Of a DNA stretch of 64,000 bases, positions 1 to 8,545 are shown piece by piece. Numbering within the stretch: position 1 is the stretch's first letter; each line of letters opens with the position of its first letter. Origin of the DNA: Kofleriaceae bacterium (GTDB lineage Bacteria > Myxococcota_A > Polyangia > Haliangiales > Haliangiaceae); contig CBDAUU010000120.1 of assembly GCA_965199985.1 (NCBI GenBank), positions 1,188 through 65,187 of the forward strand, in the 5' to 3' direction. The notes beneath the pieces were generated by a model. The model was not told where the DNA came from. It ran no database searches and saw only the letters and a program-made list of their open reading frames with translations. The translations under genes were made by a program, and so were the position numbers.

Positions 1-60
1 GCCATTCTAACAACCGCACTTGTGCTCTCGGGCGTTAACCAGTAGAAAAAGGCCCTTCCC

Positions 61-134
61 GCACCCGTAGCTCAGCTGGATAGAGCGTTGGCCTCCGAAG
101 CCAAAGGTCACAGGTTCGAATCTTGTCGGGTGCA
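61..134 (+). tRNA. tRNA-Arg (anticodon CCG)
   Basis: Hand-folded cloverleaf: acceptor GCACCCG/CGGGTGC, D-arm GCTC-AGCTGGATA-GAGC, anticodon stem TTGGC/GCCAA with loop CTCCGAA (CCG), T-arm ACAGG-TTCGAAT-CTTGT, discriminator A. No encoded CCA. Confidence 0.9.
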
Positions 135-148
135 CGAACGTTAACGAG

Positions 149-811
149 ATGAAGACGCTGGCCGAGATCGCGATCGAAGCTGGCTTGGTCACGAAGGACC
201 AGGCGGTCAAAGCGGGTCGGATCGCGGCGACGCGGCAGCAGCCGCTGATCCACGTGCTCGTCCACGAGCTCAAGATCGACGAGGTCGCGCTGATCGGCGC
301 GCTTCGCAAGCAGACCCGCGTGCCGCTCATCGATCCGGGCGATATCGAGGTCGATCCCGAGGCGCTGCGGATGGTCTCGAAGGATGTCTGCGCGCGGCTG
401 CGCGTGCTGCCGCTCTCGGTCTCGCTCGACGGCCCGACGAAGGTGCTCCGCATCGCGATGGCGGACCCGACCGATACCTCGGCGATCCTCGAGCTCGAGC
501 AGCTCGCCGCGTGCGAGATCGAGGTCACGGCACTCCCGCTGTCCGCGATCGAGGAGCTCGTCGACAAGGGCTACAAGCAGTTCTCTACCGCGGTGGTCAG
601 CCGGCGCGACAACCTGTTCGTGCGCACGCGCACGGGGCCGGTGCGCATCCACCACGATTCGGAATCCGAGGTCAGCGTGACCGCCCAGATCCCGCTGGCG
701 AGCCTGATGGGGCCCGACCTCGAGACCCGGTTTAACGCCGTTTGCCAGCTCCTGGTGAAGAAGGGCGTGATGACCGAGGCGGAGCTGGTCGAGGCGCTCA
801 AGAAAACCTAG
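149..811 (+). CDS. T2SS protein E N-terminal (GspE_N / MshEN-like) domain protein, no ATPase domain
   Basis: 220-aa ORF with an ATG start 15 nt after the tRNA. Pattern 'VPLIDPGDIEVDPEALRMVSKDVCARLRVLPLSV...VLRIAMADPTDTSAILELEQLAACEIEVTALPLSAIEELVDKGY' is typical of the T2SSE_N fold. Confidence 0.7.
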   Translation: MKTLAEIAIEAGLVTKDQAVKAGRIAATRQQPLIHVLVHELKIDEVALIGALRKQTRVPLIDPGDIEVDPEALRMVSKDVCARLRVLPLSVSLDGPTKVLRIAMADPTDTSAILELEQLAACEIEVTALPLSAIEELVDKGYKQFSTAVVSRRDNLFVRTRTGPVRIHHDSESEVSVTAQIPLASLMGPDLETRFNAVCQLLVKKGVMTEAELVEALKKT

Positions 812-817
812 GTTTTC
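802..817. promoter_or_regulatory. 16-bp perfect AT-rich palindrome GAAAACCTAGGTTTTC overlapping the stop codon of the upstream gene
   Basis: Read directly. It lies 30 nt upstream of the ATG at 847. Possible operator or short bidirectional hairpin; function unproven. Confidence 0.2.
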
Positions 818-846
818 GAAACAAGCTCGGCGCGGAACCATGCGCT

Positions 847-972
847 ATGCTCGACGAGTCGTCCGTCAGGCGACTTATGCCCGCTCATGACATGACTCAG
901 GCTTCGATCACCTGCGCTGGCTGCAAACACGGATACGCCGAGAGCGCGTTGTTCTGCCCGAATTGCGGGGCG
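847..972 (+). other. Zinc-ribbon N-terminal segment (CAGC...CPNCG), out of frame with the downstream kinase domain
   Basis: ATG at 847 in frame 1 gives MLDESSVRRLMPAHDMTQASITCAGCKHGYAESALFCPNCGA. After about 972 this frame becomes Arg-rich nonsense, while frame 2 continues as a kinase. Confidence 0.4.
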
Positions 973-1099
973 GCCCAAGCTGCGCGAATCGGGCGAGGCC
1001 GGCGCGGACCCGCTCGTCGGCAAGCTGCTCGGCGAACGCTTCCAGGTCCAGGAGCTGATCGGGCAAGGTGGCTCCGGCACGATCTATCGCGCCGAGCAC

Positions 1100-3199
1100 G
1101 TGACGCTGCGCCGCAAGGTCGCGATCAAGGTGCTCCACAACGAGCTCTCGCGCGATGATCTCGCGGTCGAGCGGTTCCGGCGCGAAGCGACCACGGTCGC
1201 CGAGATCGATAACGAGCACATCGTCGAGATTCATGATTTCGGGCGAACGTTCGATGGCCGCCTGTATCTCGCGATGGAGCTGCTCGAGGGCGACACGCTC
1301 GATCACGTGCTCGCGGCCGAGAAGACGCTCTCGGTCGAGAAGACCGCGGACATCCTCATCCAGGTCGGCGAGGCGCTGATGGAGGCGCACGCCATCGGCT
1401 ACGTCCATCGCGATCTGCGCCCGCGCAACGTCTATCTCGCAGTGCGCCGCGGCAAGGCGAACTTCGTCAAGCTCCTAGATTTCGGCCTCGCCAAGCTGGT
1501 CGAGACCGATGCGCAGGCCGCGTCGACGAGCCTCGGCATGACGTTCGGCGATCCGCGCTACATGTCGCCCGAGCAGGCGCGCGGTGATCGAATCGACCGG
1601 CGCGCGGATATCTATCAGCTCGGCTGCGTCGCGTACGAGATGCTCACCGGTTCGCCGCCGTTTACCGGCAACCGCGTGTTCGACATCCTCACGAAGCAGG
1701 TCACCGATATTCCGGCGCCGCTGCCCACGCGCCGGCCGGGCGTGCCGCTGTGGATGGAAGCGGCCGTGACGAAGATGCTCGCGAAGGATCCGGAGAACCG
1801 GTTCGCGACGACAACTCGCATGGTCGAAGCGCTGCGCCGCGGCCTCGAGACCGGCGAGGTGATGGAGGATGAAGTCGCGCGTCGGCGCGAGAGCGTCCCG
1901 CCGCCGTCGGTCTCGCGCGTGATGCAGAAGATGGGCATGTCGCAACCTGCCGAAGCCGAGCGCGACCACCAGCGCGAGCTGCCGCCGCTGCCACCCGCGC
2001 CGACGGTTCCGGAAGCGACCGGACCGATCATCGAGCGCAAGCGAACCGGGACGCCCGAGGTCGGCGTGCCACTCGTCGTGGTGCAGGCGGCCGTCGCCGG
2101 TGCGATCGAAAAGAAGTACGACGTCACCGACAAGATCCCGCGACCCGACAAGCCGATCGTGCACGAGAAGTCCGCGCCGGCCGGTCGCGCCAAGCGCCCG
2201 AGCTTCACCGAATCGAGCGCGTCCTGGTACGAAGAAGGCGAGCAAGCGGCGGCTGCAGCCGCACTCCCCGACGACGATTTCGAAGACGCGCGCGAGAACA
2301 AGAAGAAGAAGGCGCGCGCGCTGATCTCGCCGAGCGGCACCGAGTCCATGTACGACCAGCCCGCGAGCAACAAGCGCGGCCTGATCGCGTTCGCGCTGCT
2401 CGGTGTCGCCGTGATCGGCGGCGGTCTCGCATTCGCGCTCACGCGCGGCACCGGCGATTCGTCCAAGCCCGCGCCGCTCATCCAGCCCGTCGCCGCGATC
2501 ACCATGGATGCGGCGCCGAGCCAGGTGATCGATTCCGTCGATGCCGGGGTCGCGCTCGCCACGCCAGTCGATGCAGGCACCGCCAAGGTCGCGGTCGCCG
2601 CGCCGCATCCGGTCGCGCCGGTTCCGCACACGCCCGCCGTGACGCCCGGCTCTCACGATCACGATCGCAAAGGTGGACCGATCGATTTCGGTTTCGGTCC
2701 TGCGCCGGTGACGCCGACGCCCGCGCCGCCAACGCCGGTCACCCCCAGCATCACCGACGGTCCGCAGGATCCCTACAACGCCGGCGGCACCCCCGATTCC
2801 GGCGACGCCGCCTCGCCCGAAAAGAAGGCCGAGTTCTTCGCGAACCTCGGCTCACAGCAGCTCGCCTCCGCCGACACCGCCGGTGCGGCCGCGAGCTTCC
2901 AGAAAGCCCTCGCCCTCGACCCCAAGAGCGTGGGCGCGGTCACCGGCATGGGCGAGATCGCTCTCCGCCAGGGCCTCTTCGGCGACGCGATCGCGCACCT
3001 CAAGAAGGCCGCTCGGCTCGCGCCGAAGAGCTCGCGCGTCTACACGCTGCTCGGCGAGGCCTACTTGAACAGCGGCCAGAACGGCACCGCGGCGGAGAAC
3101 TTCAAGAAGGCGCTGCAGCTCGACCCCGACAACAAGCGGGCGCGCGAAGGCTACGACGACGCCTCGAGCAAAGTGCCGCCGCCGACTGATGAGCCCTAA
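1100..3199 (+). CDS. Hanks-type Ser/Thr protein kinase with proline-rich linker, one TM segment and C-terminal TPR repeats (5' end apparently frame-broken)
   Basis: Motifs VAIKVL, HRDLRPRNV, DFGLAK, GDPRYMSPE, with TPR-like 'AAASFQKALALDPKS...AENFKKALQLDPDN'. The kinase homology (DPLVGKLLGERFQVQELIGQGGSGTIYRAEH) continues upstream of 1100 in the same frame, with no ATG/GTG/TTG back to the stop at 893-895. Confidence 0.85.
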   Translation: MTLRRKVAIKVLHNELSRDDLAVERFRREATTVAEIDNEHIVEIHDFGRTFDGRLYLAMELLEGDTLDHVLAAEKTLSVEKTADILIQVGEALMEAHAIGYVHRDLRPRNVYLAVRRGKANFVKLLDFGLAKLVETDAQAASTSLGMTFGDPRYMSPEQARGDRIDRRADIYQLGCVAYEMLTGSPPFTGNRVFDILTKQVTDIPAPLPTRRPGVPLWMEAAVTKMLAKDPENRFATTTRMVEALRRGLETGEVMEDEVARRRESVPPPSVSRVMQKMGMSQPAEAERDHQRELPPLPPAPTVPEATGPIIERKRTGTPEVGVPLVVVQAAVAGAIEKKYDVTDKIPRPDKPIVHEKSAPAGRAKRPSFTESSASWYEEGEQAAAAAALPDDDFEDARENKKKKARALISPSGTESMYDQPASNKRGLIAFALLGVAVIGGGLAFALTRGTGDSSKPAPLIQPVAAITMDAAPSQVIDSVDAGVALATPVDAGTAKVAVAAPHPVAPVPHTPAVTPGSHDHDRKGGPIDFGFGPAPVTPTPAPPTPVTPSITDGPQDPYNAGGTPDSGDAASPEKKAEFFANLGSQQLASADTAGAAASFQKALALDPKSVGAVTGMGEIALRQGLFGDAIAHLKKAARLAPKSSRVYTLLGEAYLNSGQNGTAAENFKKALQLDPDNKRAREGYDDASSKVPPPTDEP

Positions 3200-3237
3200 G
3201 GGGACGGTCACCAAATCCTCACTTTAAGTGAGCTAAC
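3195..3237 (+). repeat. Family-1 terminal repeat, copy A
   Basis: CCTAAGGGGACGGTCACCAAATCCTCACTTTAAGTGAGCTAAC. It contains the kinase stop codon TAA (3197-3199) and a CTCAC/GTGAG hairpin. Confidence 0.85.
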
Positions 3238-3297
3238 TTGTGAATATCGCACGGTCGAGTTTCAACTCTCGCCGGAGTTGCCCACGAGGGCGGATGC

Positions 3298-3340
3298 CCT
3301 AAGGGGACGGTCACCAAGTCCTCACGTTAAGTGAGCTAAC
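3298..3340 (+). repeat. Family-1 terminal repeat, copy B
   Basis: CCTAAGGGGACGGTCACCAAGTCCTCACGTTAAGTGAGCTAAC. It differs from copy A at 2 positions. Confidence 0.85.
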
Positions 3341-3501
3341 CTGTTGGTATCGCTAGATCTAAGAGGCGCACGCCTCCAAGGAAGACGTTCGTACAATCAC
3401 CCGTCGTTGCCAGACCGCGCTCCGAGGCGATTCAACGAGCTACGTGACGTGAGGACGGGAATGGGGCTTCGGAGGTATCCCCAAATGAAAAGATTCGAGC
3501 A

Positions 3502-3544
3502 CTTATCTCATCTAAGGTGAGGACTTGGTGACCGTCCCCTTAGG
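3502..3544 (-). repeat. Family-1 terminal repeat, copy C (inverted)
   Basis: The reverse complement reads CCTAAGGGGACGGTCACCAAGTCCTCACCTTAGATGAGATAAG. Confidence 0.8.
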
Positions 3545-3613
3545 CCGCCGCGTGACGTGAGGATCCACTCGTCGGCGCCATCGGAAACCGGCCCCGAATG
3601 AACACATTCGGCG

Positions 3614-3657
3614 ACTTAGCTCACGTAAGGTGAGGACTTGGTGACCGTCCCCGCAGG
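3614..3657 (-). repeat. Family-1 terminal repeat, copy D (inverted, outer tip degenerate)
   Basis: The reverse complement reads CCTGCGGGGACGGTCACCAAGTCCTCACCTTACGTGAGCTAAGT. Confidence 0.8.
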
Positions 3658-3663
3658 GGGACG

Positions 3664-4710
3664 TCACGGCTCGAAGCGCGGCGCGATCTTCTTGAACCAG
3701 ACGAACGCGATGCCGGCCCCAGCGGCGGCCCAGATGAGCAGCGCCAGGAGCGCGGCGTTCCGCCGGTCCTCGCGCTTGTTCTCGAGCTGGGTCGCGCGGA
3801 ACGCATCGAGCGAGGCGTAGGTATCGGGCGTGTCGGATTGCTTCTGGATCTCGACGACCTTGGCATCGACCTCGGCGTACGCCGAACGCTCGCGCATTGA
3901 TGCGACGACCGTCGCCGGAATGAAGCCGACGAGGATCGCGATCAGGATGCCTGCGGCGAAGCGAAGGTTGGGATCCGCGAGACCCGATCGTCGGGGCCGC
4001 ACGGGAACCGTCGGAGCTTGGAGCGAGGGCCGCGACTGGCGCGCCGGCGCGGCTTCGACGGTTGCGGGCGGAATGCTGACGCGCTTTTTCGCGGCTCGCT
4101 CTTCTTCATCGGGTGCGAGGCTGACGAGGAAGTTGTCGTCCTCGGCATCGGGCGGCGCGAACATGTCGACCGGCTCGCTGCTCGCGACGGGCCTTGCAGG
4201 TGTGGGACCCATGCTCGCAGGCGGTGGCGCGAACGCGGCTTCGGACGGTGCGGCTTCGCGATCGTTGCCATCCACCGAGGACAGCTTGAATGCGGTGCCA
4301 TCGTCGAGCGCGCCGAGTCCGCCGAGCTGTTGCTCGCCGCTGTTCGTGTACGCCGCCGAGAGGCCGCTCTGGAAGTTCTTGCTCGCGGTGCGTGCAGCGG
4401 CGGGAGGCGGCGCAGGATCTTTACTCGCGGTGCGCGCGACCGCCGGGAACGGCAGCGGCGTCTTCGAGATATTCGCGGGCGTTGCTTCTTCGACCGAGCA
4501 GCGCGCACCGAGCTGCGTGAGGTCGCGGACGTACATGTCGGCCGTCGCCTTGTCCGCATTGCCTTTGACGCGAAAGCGGCCCGACGCGATCCGCACGCGA
4601 AGGTCGGCGACCGGCAAGCCGTAGTGTGCTGCGATCGCCGATGCGAGCCGCTCGGTACCGTCGGGCGAAGCATCGGCGGCACCGTCCACGAAGACGTGAT
4701 AAGCGGCCAT
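3664..4710 (-). CDS. Hypothetical protein: small N-terminal domain, Pro/Ala-rich linker and two hydrophobic TM segments flanking a charged segment near the C-terminus
   Basis: 348-aa ORF with coding-like composition. Hydrophobic stretches 'AAGILIAILVGFIPATVVA' and 'ALLALLIWAAAGAGIAFVWF'. No recognisable catalytic motif. Confidence 0.6.
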   Translation of the reverse strand: MAAYHVFVDGAADASPDGTERLASAIAAHYGLPVADLRVRIASGRFRVKGNADKATADMYVRDLTQLGARCSVEEATPANISKTPLPFPAVARTASKDPAPPPAAARTASKNFQSGLSAAYTNSGEQQLGGLGALDDGTAFKLSSVDGNDREAAPSEAAFAPPPASMGPTPARPVASSEPVDMFAPPDAEDDNFLVSLAPDEEERAAKKRVSIPPATVEAAPARQSRPSLQAPTVPVRPRRSGLADPNLRFAAGILIAILVGFIPATVVASMRERSAYAEVDAKVVEIQKQSDTPDTYASLDAFRATQLENKREDRRNAALLALLIWAAAGAGIAFVWFKKIAPRFEP

Positions 4711-4950
4711 CCCGTTTCATCATCGCATGCCTGCGATCGCGAGAGATCTCTCCCGCCGAAACTGGGCCGGGAAAAGTTGCAGCGGGAGATCCGGGGCTCG
4801 CCGCAACGAAGCGTCCCAAGCTCGGGGTCTCGTTCACGACGCGTCGCCTCCGGCTTGGAGTGTCCCATTCGGGAACGGCCACCGCCTGGGAAGCTCCGAA
4901 GAAGGAAGTCTCGGAGCGCAAGCCGGTGAAGAAGCAGCCGCGCTAGCTCG

Positions 4951-5829
4951 CTACTCGGTGAACTTGTCGTTCAGCAGCTTCGCCTTCGCCTCGCGCTTCT
5001 TGGTGACGCGCCACGCGAACAGGATCGAGATGTTGTAGAGGACGATCATCGGCGTCGCCATCATGAACTGCGAGATGACATCGGGGCCCGGCGTCAGGAT
5101 CGCACCGACGACGAACGCGATCACGATAAAGTAGCGGCTGAACTTCCACAGGCTGCGGTGGGTGACGAGGCCCACCATCGCGAGGAAGTAGATGAGCAGT
5201 GGCATCTCGAAGATCGCGCCGAACGCGAGCATCGAATCGCGCGTGATGTCGAGGTACTCCTGCATCGTGGGCAGGGAGACCAGCGTCGAGCTGTTGTACC
5301 CGAGGAAGAATTCATAGAGGCGCGGCAGCGCGAAGTAGAAGCAGAACAGCGCGCCCGCGACGAAGAACACCGCCGAGAAGCCAGCGAAGGCGACGCCCAT
5401 GCGGCGTTCCTTCTTGTAGAGGCCGGGCGCGATGAACTTCCAGATTTGATAGAACACGACCGGCGACGCGAGGAAGATGCCGGCCCAGAGGCCGACCGAC
5501 ATATCGACCCAGAACGGCTGCGTGAGGCCGGTATAGATGAGCTTTGGCGGACCCCAGTCCTGATCCGGCTTGATGCCGTGACCGACGCAGAGCTCGGTGC
5601 CGACGACGACGGTCTTGGTGCAGTGCTGGTACCAGATGTCGAACAGCGGTTGCCGCAGCCACTTGAAGATGGCCTCGGCGAAGTACCAGCTCGCGAGAAA
5701 CGCGAGCACGAATGCGATCGCCGCGTTGCGAAGGCGGTCGCGCAGCTCGGAGAGATGCGAGAGGAAGGGCATGCGCCCACCCTCGAGCTCCGACTCGGGC
5801 TTTTCGGGATTCGCGTCCGGATCAGCCAT
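4951..5829 (-). CDS. tatC: Twin-arginine translocase subunit TatC
   Basis: 'MPFLSHLSELRDRL', a six-TM profile, 'FALPRLYEFFLGY' and 'ILTPGPDVISQ' are typical of TatC. Its start overlaps the stop of the upstream Tat gene. Confidence 0.9.
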   Translation of the reverse strand: MADPDANPEKPESELEGGRMPFLSHLSELRDRLRNAAIAFVLAFLASWYFAEAIFKWLRQPLFDIWYQHCTKTVVVGTELCVGHGIKPDQDWGPPKLIYTGLTQPFWVDMSVGLWAGIFLASPVVFYQIWKFIAPGLYKKERRMGVAFAGFSAVFFVAGALFCFYFALPRLYEFFLGYNSSTLVSLPTMQEYLDITRDSMLAFGAIFEMPLLIYFLAMVGLVTHRSLWKFSRYFIVIAFVVGAILTPGPDVISQFMMATPMIVLYNISILFAWRVTKKREAKAKLLNDKFTE

Positions 5830-6358
5830 GCTTCAGCTTCGACTCGGAATCGGCCGTGACGGGTTCACGAGCGGCGGTTTCGCCCGCGGGAGGTTTGATG
5901 AGGGCGGCGAGCTCGCTCGCGTCCATGGTGCCCTTGAGATCGTGGGAATCCGCTTCGCCGACGACGGACGGCAGCGTGACCGTCTGCTGCGGCGGCTCGC
6001 CTTCTTTGGCCGCACCGATCGCGAGCTCGGCCTCGTGGCGCTCCTGATCGGCCTTCGCGATCGCCTGCTCTTCGGGCGTGGTCGGCGCGGCGACCTCGCC
6101 TTCGATCTTGTTGATCGGCTTGCGGATCGGCGGACGCGGCAGGATCTCCTCGCCGCGGAGCGCGGACTTGAGATCGCGGATCGCCCCACCGATGTGCTCG
6201 TCATTCTCGACGGTCTGCTGGAGCACGCGCGATTGCTTCTTCAGATCGCGCACGACTTTCGAGATCTGCTTGGCTGCATCCGGAAGCTTGTCCGGGCCCA
6301 AGAAGAGCATCGCGATTACCAAGATCACGAGGATCTCGCTGCCTCCGATGCCAAACAC
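5822..6358 (-). CDS. tatB: Sec-independent translocase TatA/TatB-family subunit (TatB-like by length)
   Basis: N-terminus 'MFGIGGSEILVILVIAMLFLGPDKLPDAAKQISKVVRDLKK' followed by a long charged tail. 178 aa. Confidence 0.75.
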   Translation of the reverse strand: MFGIGGSEILVILVIAMLFLGPDKLPDAAKQISKVVRDLKKQSRVLQQTVENDEHIGGAIRDLKSALRGEEILPRPPIRKPINKIEGEVAAPTTPEEQAIAKADQERHEAELAIGAAKEGEPPQQTVTLPSVVGEADSHDLKGTMDASELAALIKPPAGETAAREPVTADSESKLKHG

Positions 6359-6376
6359 CTACGGAGCTTAGCATCG

Positions 6377-8545
6377 TTAGAACTCTCGCGTCGTGCGGCC
6401 GAAGTCAGTAGGTGATGTGCCAGGCTGCCCCGAGACCTCCGTGGGTGCGGTTCCAGCGCGAAACCACAGCTCGAGGCCCCCCGTGTGAGGCGGTGACAGG
6501 AGCCCGGTTTCGCGGTCGATCGAGCTCCGCTGCATCCCCGAGGGCGGTTCGCCGGGCAGCGCGATCCTCGGGCGCGCTCCCTCCGCGGCTCGGATCGCAC
6601 GAATCCACAGCGGCAGGGCCGCGTGCGCGCCATCGCCTTCGGTCCCGAGCTTGGTCACGGGATCGTCGAAGCCGATCCACACGGCGCCGAGCTCGCGCCC
6701 GGTAAACCCGACGAACCACGCATCCGTGTTGGAGTTGGTCGTGCCGGTCTTGCCGGCGGCCGGGCGGCCGAGGCTCGCGCCCGCGGCGGCAGCAGTTCCG
6801 CGCTGGACGACCGCGGTCATCATGTCGGCGAGCTGGAACGCGATCCGTTCGTCGAGGAGCTGGCCGCCATCGGCGCCGACCCGCTCCGCCGGATCACCAC
6901 CGGCCGTCGCGGCGAGGCGATCGAAGCGCCGCGCCGCATCCAGCGCGGGATCTTCGGGCACCGCCGCATCGAAGATCACGTGGTCGCCGCGCCGCACGCG
7001 AACGGCGAGCCGCGGCGCGACGGCCCAGCCATGGCGGGCGATGATCGCGAACGCGCGCGCGAGCTCGATCGGCTTCACGCAGGACGCGCCGAGTGCGAGC
7101 GGACGCACGGGATCGAGCTTGCTCGTGATGCCGAGCTTGCGCGCGAGGCGAATGATCGGATCGGGACCGACGCGATCGAACACGTCGATCGCGGGTGCAT
7201 TGAGCGACGCGGCAAACGCATCCTGCACGAGCACGACGCCGCGGAACTTCCCGCTCGAGTGCGGCTTCCAATGAACGTTCGTGGTCTCGTCGTACTCGGC
7301 GATCGGTGCATCGCGGAGCGCAGTGCCGGGCGTGATCGCGCCACGATCGAGCGCAGCGCCATACATGATCGGTTTGAACGCCGATCCGGGCTGGCGGCAG
7401 CTCTGGGTCATCCGATCGAATTGATCCGCGCCGCGATGCCGGCCCCACAGCGTTCCACCGACGAGCGCCTCGATGTAGCCCGTGCGGTGATCCCAGAGCA
7501 GTGCGCCGATCTGTGGCGTCTTGTCGGTCTGCGTCCAGCGCTTTGCCTGCGCGACCGCATCGCGCGCGAGGTCGGTGCCGAGCGCAGGAAGTGCAGCGGT
7601 CTCGACGACGAGCCCACCGCGCGCGAGCTCGCCCGGGAGGGCGCCCTTGATCAGCTGGCGCACTTGCTCGGCGTACCAGGGGATGGCGTTGCCGAACGCA
7701 GGGCGCGCGCGCTTGAGCGCGATCGGTTCGGCCGTCGCCGCGCTGTACGCGCCCTGATCGATCAGGTGCGCGCGCAGCATGCGGGCGAGCACTTCATCGC
7801 GGCGGGTCTTGGCGAAATCGAGGTGGCGATACGGATTCAAGCGCCCCGGTGCCTGGATGAGGCCCGCGAGCAGGGCGGCTTCGGATAGCGAGAGCTCGCC
7901 GACGTTCTTCGCGAAGTAGGCCTTCGCCGCGGCGGTCATGCCGTACGAGCCCTCGCCGAGGAAGACGAAATCGAGATAGGTCTCGAGCACGTCGCGCTTG
8001 GACCAGCGCTTCTCGATCTGGCGAGCGAGCAGCGCCTCGCGAACCTTGCGGCGGAGATTGCGCGCGGTGCCGATGTCCTGAGGCAAGAGATTACGCGCGA
8101 CCTGCTGCGTGATCGTCGAGGCGCCGCCCACGACGCGGCCGACCTTGTAGTTGATCCAGCCGGCGCGCGCGATCGCCTGGTAATCGACGCCGCGGTGCTC
8201 GTAGAACCGGACGTCCTCGGCGGCGAGCACGGCGAGGATCAGTTGCTTCGGCATCGCGTCGAGCGGTGCGAGCGTGCGGTGGCCGAACACGTCACCGTCG
8301 CGGAAGGGGAGCTCGGCGAGGTGCGTTCCATCCGCGGCGACGATCACCGAGGTCTGCGCCGCCTGCGTGCGCCACGCATCGAGATCCGGAACCTCGGGCA
8401 GGTCGCGCGCCCAGTGGCGCAGCGTCACTGCGACGACGAGCGCGGCGATCACGGGCACCGCGAACGCGAGCCAGAGCACGGCGAGGATCGGAAGCCGCCA
8501 CCACCAGCCACCGTCGCGCCGATTGCGGACGGTGACTCGGGTCAT
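6377..8545 (-). CDS. mrcA: Class A penicillin-binding protein (PBP1A family; transglycosylase + transpeptidase)
   Basis: GT51 motifs 'AAEDVRFYEHRGVD', 'GASTITQQVARNL' and 'RKVREALLARQIEKRWSK'. Transpeptidase 'PGSAFKP' and 'KTGTTN'. N-terminal TM anchor. Confidence 0.9.
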   Translation of the reverse strand: MTRVTVRNRRDGGWWWRLPILAVLWLAFAVPVIAALVVAVTLRHWARDLPEVPDLDAWRTQAAQTSVIVAADGTHLAELPFRDGDVFGHRTLAPLDAMPKQLILAVLAAEDVRFYEHRGVDYQAIARAGWINYKVGRVVGGASTITQQVARNLLPQDIGTARNLRRKVREALLARQIEKRWSKRDVLETYLDFVFLGEGSYGMTAAAKAYFAKNVGELSLSEAALLAGLIQAPGRLNPYRHLDFAKTRRDEVLARMLRAHLIDQGAYSAATAEPIALKRARPAFGNAIPWYAEQVRQLIKGALPGELARGGLVVETAALPALGTDLARDAVAQAKRWTQTDKTPQIGALLWDHRTGYIEALVGGTLWGRHRGADQFDRMTQSCRQPGSAFKPIMYGAALDRGAITPGTALRDAPIAEYDETTNVHWKPHSSGKFRGVVLVQDAFAASLNAPAIDVFDRVGPDPIIRLARKLGITSKLDPVRPLALGASCVKPIELARAFAIIARHGWAVAPRLAVRVRRGDHVIFDAAVPEDPALDAARRFDRLAATAGGDPAERVGADGGQLLDERIAFQLADMMTAVVQRGTAAAAGASLGRPAAGKTGTTNSNTDAWFVGFTGRELGAVWIGFDDPVTKLGTEGDGAHAALPLWIRAIRAAEGARPRIALPGEPPSGMQRSSIDRETGLLSPPHTGGLELWFRAGTAPTEVSGQPGTSPTDFGRTTREF

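Larger units (their letters stand above)
3195..3657. mobile_element. Composite or nested MITE-like element (family 1): two forward and two reverse copies of a ~43-bp terminal repeat
   Basis: Ends CCTAAGGGGACGGTCACCAA(A/G)TCCTCAC-N5-GTGAGCTAAC at 3195 and 3298 (forward), and their reverse complements at 3502-3544 and 3614-3657. The inner pair is flanked by TA/TA. The interior is AT-richer and has no ORF. Confidence 0.55.

Noticed and set aside
1-148. tRNA-Arg as an integration hotspot or genomic-island boundary.
   Set aside because: I saw no direct repeat of the tRNA 3' end elsewhere in the window, no integrase gene is adjacent, and the downstream genes look like core functions.
742-1158. ORF 742..1158 (138 aa) as an independent gene.
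   Set aside because: Only residues from the ATG at 847 to about 972 look protein-like (a zinc ribbon). The remainder is Arg-rich read-through overlapping the kinase frame. It is better explained as the displaced N-terminus of the kinase gene.
3340-3502. Possible retron or other structured ncRNA inside the inverted repeats (palindrome GAGGCGCACGCCTC, a GGGG...CCCC stem with a CTTCGG loop, repeated GTGACGTGAGGA).
   Set aside because: No reverse transcriptase or partner gene is nearby. The structures are short, and I cannot show covariation from a single sequence. I treat this as MITE interior until transcript or comparative data say otherwise.
3195-3657. Possible CRISPR array, given repeated ~43-bp units with hairpins.
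   Set aside because: Only four copies are present, two in each orientation (forward, forward, reverse, reverse). Spacing is irregular (about 60, 160 and 70 bp) and no cas genes are in the window. Related copies elsewhere (36097-36240) form a simple inverted pair. This fits a MITE, not a CRISPR array.
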